A DNA stretch of 51,784 nt from NCBI GenBank assembly GCA_032718475.1, contig JAUCBJ010008217.1:1-51784 (forward strand). The letters run 5' to 3'. Source of the DNA: Nemertoderma westbladi. Lineage: Eukaryota > Animalia > Xenacoelomorpha. The notes under the pieces are model-generated. The model was given only the letters and a program-made list of their open reading frames with translations. It made no database searches and was not told where the DNA came from. Positions 22,101 to 34,100 of this stretch are shown piece after piece. The position numbers were made by a program, and so were the translations under genes. Numbering within the stretch: the first letter of the stretch is position 1; each line of letters begins with the position of its first letter.

Positions 22101-25100
22101 AAACAAATATCCATAATAACTAGAAAGGCCATGATATCGATGGGTTGGTATACTTCATTCGTGTATAGATTTGCCAGTCTACTCATATCTAAAACTCGTA
22201 CGTATTCACCAATTACTTAATTACCTCATCCAAAGAATCAGGTAATATTAATTCGTTGTCAATACTGTCGCATGCACCTTGAAGCCATTCGATCATATCT
22301 TCTAGTAATTGTGCATCTTCGTTAAGAGTTTGTAACCTCTTGTGTAACCATGTAGCATAGTTGTCACTGCGATGGTGTAGATGATTGTATGAGGCTGAAA
22401 GATTAAGTAAGAATGAGTGAGTGAGTGAGTGAGTGAGTGAGTGAGTGAGTGAGTGAGTGAGTGAGTGAGTGAGTGAGTGAGTGAGTGAGTGAGTGAGTGA
22501 GTGAGTGAGTGAGTGAGTGAGTGAGTGAGTGAGTGAGTGAGTGAGTGAGTGAGTGAGTGAGTGAGTGAGTGAGTGAGTGAGTGAGTGAGTGAGTGAGTGA
22601 GTGAGTGAGTGAGTGAGTGAGTGAGTGAGTGAGTGAGTGAGTGAGTGAGTGAGTGAGTGAGTGAGTGAGTGAGTGAGTGAGTGAGTGAGTGAGTGAGTGA
22701 GTGAGTGAGTGAGTGAGTGAGTGAGTGAGTGAGTGAGTGAGTGAGTGAGTGAGTGAGTGAGTGAGTGAGTGAGTGAGTGAGTGAGTGAGTGAGTGAGTGA
22801 GTGAGTGAGTGAGTGAGTGAGTGAGTGAGTGAGTGAGTGAGTGAGTGAGTGAGTGAGTGAGTGAGTGAGTGAGTGAGTGAGTGAGTGAGTGAGTGAGTGA
22901 GTGAGTGAGTGAGTGAGTGAGTGAGTGAGTGAGTGAGTGAGTGAGTGAGTGAGTGAGTGAGTGAGTGAGTGAGTGAGTGAGTGAGTGAGTGAGTGAGTGA
23001 GTGAGTGAGTGAGTGAGTGAGTGAGTGAGTGAGTGAGTGAGTGAGTGAGTGAGTGAGTGAGTGAGTGAGTGAGTGAGTGAGTGAGTGAGTGAGTGAGTGA
23101 GTGAGTGAGTGAGTGAGTGAGTGAGTGAGTGAGTGAGTGAGTGAGTGAGTGAGTGAGTGAGTGAGTGAGTGAGTGAGTGAGTGAGTGAGTGAGTGAGTGA
23201 GTGAGTGAGTGAGTGAGTGAGTGAGTGAGTGAGTGAGTGAGTGAGTGAGTGAGTGAGTGAGTGAGTGAGTGAGTGAGTGAGTGAGTGAGTGAGTGAGTGA
23301 GTGAGTGAGTGAGTGAGTGAGTGAGTGAGTGAGTGAGTGAGTGAGTGAGTGAGTGAGTGAGTGAGTGAGTGAGTGAGTGAGTGAGTGAGTGAGTGAGTGA
23401 GTGAGTGAGTGAGTGAGTGAGTGAGTGAGTGAGTGAGTGAGTGAGTGAGTGAGTGAGTGAGTGAGTGAGTGAGTGAGTGAGTGAGTGAGTGAGTGAGTGA
23501 GTGAGTGAGTGAGTGAGTGAGTGAGTGAGTGAGTGAGTGAGTGAGTGAGTGAGTGAGTGAGTGAGTGAGTGAGTGAGTGAGTGAGTGAGTGAGTGAGTGA
23601 GTGAGTGAGTGAGTGAGTGAGTGAGTGAGTGAGTGAGTGAGTGAGTGAGTGAGTGAGTGAGTGAGTGAGTGAGTGAGTGAGTGAGTGAGTGAGTGAGTGA
23701 GTGAGTGAGTGAGTGAGTGAGTGAGTGAGTGAGTGAGTGAGTGAGTGAGTGAGTGAGTGAGTGAGTGAGTGAGTGAGTGAGTGAGTGAGTGAGTGAGTGA
23801 GTGAGTGAGTGAGTGAGTGAGTGAGTGAGTGAGTGAGTGAGTGAGTGAGTGAGTGAGTGAGTGAGTGAGTGAGTGAGTGAGTGAGTGAGTGAGTGAGTGA
23901 GTGAGTGAGTGAGTGAGTGAGTGAGTGAGTGAGTGAGTGAGTGAGTGAGTGAGTGAGTGAGTGAGTGAGTGAGTGAGTGAGTGAGTGAGTGAGTGTGAGT
24001 GAGTGAGTGAGTGAGTGAGTGAGTGAGTGAGTGAGTGAGTGAGTGAGTGAGTGAGTGAGTGAGTGAGTGAGTGAGTGAGTGAGACAATAAACACATATGT
24101 TTTTGACTGTTCTTGCTACCGGTATCTGTTCACACCTGTAATCATATTGAGACGATTTAGAATATTGTCTTTAGCTTTTGGATGGCACGTTTCCATCAAT
24201 TCTTCTCCATGTTGGACTAGCTCTTTTACGTCGATATAAATATTCCCTAAAGTTTCCTCAAACTCTTTATGTTCACTAAGTCTGTCTTGGACTTCATCCT
24301 CGTCTTCTAGACTGTCTTCTCCACTCGAAGAGAAATCCCTCTCGAAATCCGATAACTTATCAACCAAATCTTTCCAATGAGACTCAAATTTAATTGCGTT
24401 CGCCATCGACCTAATTGAAGAAATATTCCGATAATATAATAATTATTTACTTACTAATTACAGTATAACTATGTCATATTTAATAAAGATTTTCAAATTT
24501 GGAACTTGGTTGTCCAAAAAGTACTTGTTTCAAATAATCCAGTTAAATCCGCCACTTATCTATAAATAGAACATCACACAGTACTTTGACCTTGAGTATC
24601 TCGGCTCCACTTACTCTTTGAGGGTTTGCCTAACAGCTGTGCACTTCTGTTCGGAGGCATCCAGTCTATCTACTAACATCCCCAATTCCTTATTGCTATT
24701 CTCATCGTAGGGCCTGGTTGTAACTCCACTCAACGACTTCTGCCGAAGTGCTATTTCGTATTGCATTATCTATAAAAATAATAAGGAGTGTAAGTGTGTT
24801 GTAGTGGGGATTACACAATGTCACTTATACCATTTAATTACAAATTTTTGGACAAATTAGCTTTTATTTCACTCGCAGTTTTCCCCATGTGAAGAATACC
24901 AGGTTTTCATGGACAACCTAGATTACAGAGGATTAGAATATAACCTAAACAATAAATGAATTACTAAATGTACCTATTTTGAGAACAGCACATGGGCGCT
25001 ATTATCCCCCAACTCAGAATAAATTTAAATGTGCCTTAGGTAATTTATAGAATACAAAATATATATTTGTTTATAAAATTATAATTAAATTAAGAGAGGA

Positions 25101-28100
25101 AAAAACGTTGAAAACCTGAGAACCATCACCCTGGGCTGGGCAATGGGTATGGGTGGATATAAGAATATATCAGTCATCAATCGGCTATTTACTAATTACA
25201 GATAATATATACAGTAGATGTTTCAATCTCACATATATATATAGCACATTCCGGACACATGGCAAACTGTTTCTGAACTGGGTCCCTACCCAATTTGTAG
25301 CCCAGCATCCGGTGGCGGGGAACATTATACAACCTACCTTGTAGGCATTTGTGAGTTTACTGACAGTGTCAATATCACCATCAAGTTGACTAGAATCCGT
25401 TAGAATATTCTCCACATCAATCAGCCAATCAGCGATCGCGGTTGGAGAACTGAAAGAAATCAGCTGCCCCCTCTCCAATTCAGTGTGCCTATAAATAGCA
25501 GTGCAGGATATGTACTGCAGTAATGAGTCAATTAAACCCTTGATACACTGCAAACATTTTGACGTTAATTTAACGTTAATTTACGTTAATATTCTACCAT
25601 TCCAACGTTATTTTTTAACTTGTCCTTACGTTAAATTAACGTATTATTGGCCGGGGTTACTACGTTAACAATATACATATATTGTTATACAAACAGAAGG
25701 CATACAACTGTATCACTTCATATATGGGTTAAATATATTGCAATTATATATGTACAGTCCATTTTGAAAAAAAGTTATCTATAGCGCTCTAGATAATTAT
25801 TAAGAGCGCTCTAGTTATTATCTAGAGCGCTATAGATAATTTTTTTTCAAAATGTACATTTAGGGTTTCGTATAATTACGGACGTTAGATATTCGGTACA
25901 CTACCAGACTACTACCGGTTGGCTAATATAATATCTCACCATTGCTTAGATAATCCATCAACGCTCTCCCATGCAAGTTTAATGTTACGCAAGCAAGTTA
26001 CTATAAAATCGTCGTTGTCATTGGGACAATGTTCTAGAATGCTATCTCCCATTGCGTATAATTCGTCCAATCTGAGCTGTACAATAGTAATATATAAAAC
26101 CACTGATTAGTGGGACCTCTAAGTCAACGTCAAGTTATCCCAGACCTGCTGTGCCTAGTTACTATAGATGCTGTGCCTAGTTACTATAGATGCTGTGCCT
26201 AGTTACTATAGATGCTATGCCTAGTTACTATAGATGCTGTGCCTAGTTACTATAGATGCTATGCCTAGTTACTATAGATGCTGTGCCTAGTTACTATAGA
26301 TGCTGTGCCTAGTTACTATAGATGCTGTGCCTAGTTACTATAGATGCTATGCCTAGTTACTATAGATGCTGTGCCTAGTTACTATAGATGCTGTGCCTAG
26401 TTACTATAGATGCTGTGCCTAGTTACTATAGATGCTATGCCTAGTTACTATAGATGCTGTGCCTAGTTACTATAGATGCTGTGCCTAGTTACTATAGATG
26501 CTGTGCCTAGTTACTATAGATGCTGTGCCTAGTTACTATAGATGCTGTGCCTAGTTACTATAGATGCTGTGCCTAGTTACTATAGATGCTATGCCTAGTT
26601 ACTATAGATGCTGTGCCTAGTTACTATAGATGCTATGCCTAGTTACTATAGATGCTGTGCCTAGTTACTATAGATGCTGTGCCTAGTTACTATAGATGCT
26701 GTGCCTAGTTGCTATAGATGCTTTGCCTAGTTACTATAGATGCTATGCCTAGTTACTATAGATGCTGTGCCTAGTTACTATAGATGCTGTGCCTAGTTAC
26801 TATAGATGCTGTGCCTAGTTACTATAGATGCTGTGCCTAGTTACTATAGATGCTATGCCTAGTTACTATAGATGCTGTGCCTAGTTACTATAGATGCTGT
26901 GCCTAGTTACTATAGATGCTATGCCTAGTTACTATAGATGCTGTGCCTAGTTACTATAGATGCTATGCCTAGTTACTATAGATGCTGTGCCTAGTTACTA
27001 TAGATGCTGTGCCTAGTTACTATAGATGCTGTGCCTAGTTACTATAGATGCTGTGCCTAGTTACTATAGATGCTGTGCCTAGTTACTATAGATGCTGTGC
27101 CTAGTTACTATAGATGCTGTGCCTAGTTACTATAGATGCTGTGCCTAGTTACTATAGATGCTATATATATATAGGTACAATCAGCTATTGGGAATCGCCG
27201 ATCAATGATCCCAACCCCCCAGCTATTAGAGTTATTATTCGCCCCTACATACACTCCCAATGCATCCATCGATATACCTACTTACCTGTTTGGTTTGGAA
27301 TGCCTCAAGGAATTTACGGTAACTGGACAACAGACTACGGATTATATGTTCCTTATCTTGATCTCCTTGTTTCTGCTGAATTTCCTTTATATTTACCAGC
27401 TCCTCCCTGAATGTGATTGATGCTTCTTCCAACCACCCAATCAACTCATCGTATTTAATCAGAAACTGAAACAATATAGGATTTGTAACTGCTTATATTA
27501 TTATTATTGTAGTTCATGTAGTTGATATGTTTTATGTTTATGTAGTTTATAAGGACATATAAAAATATTCATAAAAAATACACAAAAAATAAATAGTTTT
27601 GAGATAAAAAAAATATAAGTTTAACTCACCGATTCACTTTTATTTTGATTCTCTAATAAGTTTTTCTCACGATTTTTCAAATTTGATATTAATTTCATAA
27701 AATCACATTGTATTTTCTGCAGTTGGTTCTGAATTCCGACCATTGTAGAACATTGTTGCGATTTACTATACGACTTTATTGTAATCTGTTTATCTAAATG
27801 TTGAACTCCTTCCAGCTCCACTGTTACGTCTCTTAGAATCTCCTGAAATACAATAATTAATAGGCCTATTAATTATTACTGTAAGAACGGATATATCAGA
27901 ATAATTAATATATTAATTTTTAATATATTATCTATATATATTTTTTTTGTACACAAAAAAGTTATTTTATCTAAAGGTGACTCACCGATAATCATCAAAT
28001 TATGCCAATAATAATTTATTAATATATTATAATATTAATTATAAATATTATATGTTAAATAAATGAAAATGGGTTGGTGGCGATTAAATACGGGGTAACA

Positions 28101-31100
28101 ATAAGGTGCCCTGAATCGAGTGGCGGGGTGTAAGTAAGCGCGGGAAGCCGATTTTTAAATCGGATGTGATTGGCTGCTAAAGATTTGACGTCATTACAAT
28201 GTGCCTTTTCAAATTTTTTTCAAAGAGATTTTCGATCGATTCAAATTCATATTAAATCTCAATCATTTCACACATGGCTTATATTAATTCAAAGCGGGGA
28301 GTCTTGCGGGTCTTTTGACACTACAATTAATTAAATTTACGACGAGGAAGATTGTTAAAATGATATTCACAATTGCAAATTCGGCAGATTGCCTGGACCA
28401 GTATGTAAGTAAGCACTCAGCCTATTACAGTACAGCAGCATTGCAGCTTACTTCATTAAGTAGGGGTTACCGGTGCACAATTACTGTATAATAGTCAAGT
28501 AGCCTACCAGCCTACTGCAGTACTGACAATTATTACTCTATTATAGTAACGGCTGAGGCTGACCGCTGTAACAGGCTGAGATAACTCCCCACCAAATATG
28601 ACTCCCCAGTCTTCTCAGCCTAGGCTGAGACACTCCCCAGTTTTCTCCCTATATTTATTAATTATCGGAAAGGAACAGGTTACAGTGGCGGGCTTTTCTA
28701 AACCAAAACAATACACGATAACTCAATAACATAGGTTATAGATTTATTTTTGCAATATACGAAAATAACACAGCTTGTACGGATATGTATTATAACTCAA
28801 TTAGGGGAGTCATCTCAGCCTAAGGGGAGTGTTCTCAGCCTAGGCTGAGATAACTGGGGAGTGTTATCAGCCTAGGCTGAGACGACTGAGGAGTGTTCTC
28901 AGCCTAGGCTGAGAGGAGTCATTTCAAGAAGAAGTTATTTCAGCCTTGCACACAGGTATTAGAAGTATAGTGTTATTTTAAATCTAATCTGTAGGCCTTA
29001 CCGTTGTGATAGCTTGGAATGCAGTATTGCTGCTGGAAATACTGGAAATACATTTTATCAATGTCATCACCATGAATTTAATTAATATTGTAGTGTCAAA
29101 AGACCCGCAAGACTCCCCGCGTTCAATTAATATAAGCCATGTGTGAAATGATTGAGATTTAATATGTATTTGAATCGATCGAAAATCTCTATCCATACCC
29201 TCTATCTAAACCAAGATAAGAAATTATCAGATCACTTTGTAATGACGTCAAATATGTAGCAGCCAATCACAGCCGATTTTCAAAATTGGTTCCCTGGCTT
29301 ACTTAATCCCGCAATATCGACCGTTTCCTGGTGTTTTTACAAAAATCACACCCCGCCACTCGATTCAGGGCACCTTGTTACCCCTTATTCGATTGTTTCT
29401 AGCCCAACTCGATTCAAGGCACCTTGTTACCCCTTATCCGATTGTTTCTAGCCCGACTCGATTCAGGGCACCTTGTTACCCCTTATTCGATTGTTTCTAG
29501 CCCAACTCGATTCAGGGCACCTTGTTACCCCTTATTCGATTGTTTCTAGCCCAACTCGATTCAAGGCACCTTGTTACCCCTTATCCGATTGTTTCTAGCC
29601 CGACTCGATTCAGGGCACCTTGTTACCCCTTATTCGATTGTTTCTAGCCCAACTCGATTCAAGGCACCTTGTTACCCCTTATCCGATTGTTTCTAGCCCA
29701 ACTCGATTCAGGGCACCTTGTTACCCCTTATTCGATTGTTTCTAGCCCAACTCGATTCAGGGCACCTTGTTACCCCTTATTCGATTGTTTCTAGCCCAAC
29801 AATTTTTTCGCGTACCAACCCTGTTACGAACCTTAGTTTCTCTAATCTGTTGTGTTATGGTTTCTAAGTGAATAGAAACTCGTTCAAAATCTTCAAACTG
29901 AAATTCCATGTCTTCCAATCGATCTCTGATCTTGTTGACAATTCCCTCAAAAACAGAGGGATCTTTCCCTGACCAATCAGATGTCTCTAACTTCAGTGTT
30001 ATTGAGACCTTGTAAGAAACCGTTTGCCAATTTCTGAAAAATAGTAGTTGGTAAATTTACCGCAAAATCGAAATAAAAGTTTATTGAAGGTTCTAATCGA
30101 ATGGAGCGTAACTCACTACTTAGGACTAGACTACTCTAGTTCATGTAATGTATAGAGGTGCTGTAAATTTATTAGACTTTATCCACTCTTCCAGGTCTAC
30201 CTTTTACCTGGGCCGCTGGCGGAATGGTTAGAACGCCAGACTTCCAACCCGGAGGTCACCAGTTCGATCCCACCTGGATGTCTCATTCACCCAAAACACC
30301 AATAACAGATTATTAAGTAAGTGTCTTTCGTGAAATCTCACTCTTTGTTGATAAACTTATTTTATACAAATATTCGCCTTCTCTTTGTAGAAGTAATGGT
30401 TTTTCCGATACGTTTTGTTATCGAATGACATTCATTGTGTAAATGACAATAAATCAATAAATAACCTCTTCAGTTTGTCGAGATCATCCTCAATATCAAG
30501 TCGTCCAGAAATATTGCATTGTTCGAGGAAAAACTTCGCCTTTGTCATCATATCACTGAGATTCAATATTTCGTTGGAAATTATATCGTCATTCTAATAA
30601 AATAATACAAAAAAATACGGTTTACTTTTGTACAACTTGGTACGAAGGAAGCTTAGGAGATTAGAACTGTGCGTGCTAGGGTACCAACTGTGCGTGCTAG
30701 GGTACCAACTGTGCGTGCTAGGGTACCAACTGTGCGTGCTAGGGTACCAACTGTGCGTGCTAGGGTACCAACTGTGCGTGCTAGGGTACCAACTGTGCGT
30801 GCTAGGGTACCAACTGTGCGTGCTAGGGTACCAACTGTGCGTGCTAGGGTACCTACTGTGCGTGCTAGGGTACCAACTGTGCGTGCTAGGGTACCAACTG
30901 TGCGTGCTAGGGTACCAACTGTGCGTACTGGGGTACCAACTGTGCGTGCTAGGGTACCAACTGTGCGTGCTAGGGTACCAACTGTGCGTGCTAGGGTACC
31001 AACTGTGCGTGCTAGGGTACCAACTGTGCGTTCTAGGGTACCAACTGTGCATACTGGGGTACCAACTGTGTGTGCGTGCTAGGGTACCAACTGTGCGTGC

Positions 31101-34100
31101 TAGGGTACCAACTGTGCGTGCTAGGGTACCAACTGTGCGTGATAGGGTACCAACTGTAACTGTGCGTGCTAGGGTTCCAACTGTGCGTGCTAGGGTACCA
31201 ACTGTAACTGTGCGTGCTAGGATTCCAACTGTGCGTGCTGGGGTACCAACTGTGCGTGCTAGGGTACCAACTGTGCGTGCTAGGGTACCAACTGTGCATA
31301 CTGGGGTACCAACTGTGTGTGCGTGCTAGGGTACCAACTGTGCGTGCTAGGGTACCAACTGTGCGTGCTAGGGTACCAACTGTGCATACTGGGGTACCAA
31401 CTGTGCGTGCTAGGGTACCAACTGTGCGTGCTAGGGTACCAACTGTGCGTGCTAGGGTACCAACTGTAACTGTGCGTGCTAGGATTCCAACTGTGCGTGC
31501 TAGGGTACCAACTGTGCATACTGGGGTACCAACTGTGTGTGCGTGCTAGGGTACCAACTGTGCGTGCTAGGGTACCAACTGTGCGTGCTAGGGTACCAAC
31601 TGTGCATACTGGGGTACCAACTGTGCGTGCTAGGGTACCAACTGTGCGTGCTAGGGTACCAACTGTGCGTGCTAGGGTACCAACTGTGCGTGCTAGGGTA
31701 CCAACTGTGCGTGCTATGGTACCAACTGTGCGTGCTAAGGTACCAACTGTGCGTGCTAGGGTACCAACTGTGCGTGCTAGGGTACCAACTGTGCGTGCTA
31801 GGGTACCAACTGTGCGTGATAGGGTACCAACTATGCGTGCTAGGGTACCAACTGTGCGTGCTAGGGTACCAACTGTGCGTGCTAGGGTACCAACTGTGCG
31901 TGCTAGGGTACCAACTGTGCGTGCTAGGGTACCAACTGTGCGTGCTAGGGTACCAACTGTGCGTGCTAGGGTACCAACTGTGCGTGCTAGGGTACCAACT
32001 GTGCGTGCTAGGGTACCAACTGTGCGTGCTAGGGTACCAACTGTGCGTGCTAGTGTACCAACTGTGCGTGCTAGGGTACCAACTGTGCGTGCTAGGGTAC
32101 CAACTGTGCGTGCTAGGGTACCAACTGTGCATATTTTGATTGCGGCTAGAATAAACCCCCTGCGCACCTGAGTTGGAGTTATCGAGTCGTCGACATTGAA
32201 TTCAATATCAACGATTTCATCTTTCCTCTTGTCGATTCGATTTTTTAAATCTCGCAATATTTCTACAGCGGTTCCCAATTTAGATATCTTTTCGTCAACT
32301 TCCTGGAATGTAAACGCGGTATAATAATAATAATAATATAAATATAATGATAATAAGTGTATATCGTTACAATAAGCTCAATTACTCTCGAGAGCCTTTA
32401 GCTTGTCAGCTAGTAATTTATTGTTTCACTAAACCTGATTGTTAACATTTATTTAATAAACTTAACTTATTAATTTTATCTGGACGGTCAGGGCCCTAAA
32501 CCGATTAGGTTCTCTGTTCGCAGAACACCGAACACTATTCCGGCCACGGAACTAGTCCAGCAGAATGCCTTTATAGAATCCTGGGATTTGGGGGACGAGA
32601 GGATCTCAGCAACTAAGCGAAAACGAACAATAGGATGTTCCTAGACCCCCCCCCCCCCCCAAAATTTATCCAGAAGACTTTTCGCCATACATAATGTGTT
32701 AAAAAAGTCTACGGTTCTCCGGCTAGGGCCAATTTGAGTCAAAAAGTCCGCTTCCCTAGCAACCACGTTGCTATGGAGATAAGTCCAGAACCGCTAATGC
32801 TACGGACTTGGGACCGGCGCCAAACTGTAGGCAGCATATGGGTTTACCTTCACATCCTTTTTTTTGGAGCGATCAGATCACGATCTTGACCATGATCAGC
32901 AAAGATCAGTTTTGATCAGCAATCGGACACTCAAGGCTTGCTCCAATCGAAAAACTTAACATTACAAAAAGATTCAGCGACCCCACATTAGTCATGATTC
33001 CCGTTAAAAGATTTTAAAAAAAGTGAATTCTTCCTGGTTAAAACCCAAGATCATGATCGCGCAAAGATCGGACTTTGTAAAATCGTAACTAAGCATTTTG
33101 ATTAAGCATTAAAAAAAAAATTGGCTCGATCGGACAACCAGTTCTCGAGATCTGATACCTGATCATTAAAGATCATATTTTTCGGTTTTTTCAAATTTTC
33201 TCGAAAACTTTGTTTGAGACCCCCGATTTTTTTTTTACGAATCGACTTCTATGATGAAGGGGCAACTTTTGAGCATTTCGAAATTTTCAAAAAGCGATTT
33301 GATCAGGCCGCGATCAGAAAAGATCGTGTTTTTGGTTTTATTTCAAAGACCAAGTCCTGGGAGTTCACCGTATGGAAAAACTTAACATCACAAAAAGATT
33401 CCTCACCCTCGAATTATGGGGGGTAGCCAAAATTTTGGCATAAAAAAGTTCAAGTCTAGTGGGTCAAAACTCAAGATCATGATCGTGAAAAGATCAGTAT
33501 ATTTAAAATCGAATCTAAGCATTTTTCTAATAAACATTCATTGTAAGAAATGTTCAATGGTCTATTTTGAGTTGATTAAAAAAAAAATTGGCTCGATCGG
33601 TCAACCGGTTCTCGAGATCAGCTTCCTGATCATAAAAGATCATGTTTTTCGGTTTTTCCCGATTTTCTCGAAAACTTTGTTTGAGACCCCCGATTTTTTT
33701 TTTACTAATCGACTTCTATTAAGAAGGGGCAACTTTTGGGTATTTCGAAATTTTCAAAAAGCGATTTGATCAGGCCATGATCAAGAAAGATCATGTTTTC
33801 GGTTTTATTTCGAAGACCAAGTCCTGTGAGTTCACCGTATGAAAAAACTTAACATTACAAAAAGATTCCTCACCCTCGAATTAGGGGGGGTAACCAAAAT
33901 TTGACCATAAAAAAGTTCAATTCTACGGGGTCAAAAGATCATGATCACAAAATGATCAGTTTTTTCGTAATTACTTCTGAGCATTTTGGGGCAAGTAGAT
34001 TAAAAAAAATTTCGACTCAATAGGCCTACCGGTACCGGAGATATGGTCGTCCAAAGACTGCTTCCGGTAATTCGAAAATATTTCGAAAACCCTTGATCGA

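Noticed and set aside
22414-24083. Telomeric or interstitial telomere repeat
   Set aside because: GAGT is not a telomere-type motif, and the array sits inside a phase-consistent intron.
22213-24096. 627-aa and 563-aa (SLTH)n ORFs
   Set aside because: Translation of a stop-free microsatellite; only 22225-22394 is a real exon.
30210-30280. Functional tRNA-Gly(TCC)
   Set aside because: A and B boxes are present but acceptor and anticodon stems do not pair well; more likely a SINE head or pseudogene. tRNAscan-SE would decide.
30342-30465. Longer exon i using the GTGAGA donor at 30341
   Set aside because: An in-frame TGA intervenes; the donor at 30465 gives the correct phase and a sensible spectrin helix.
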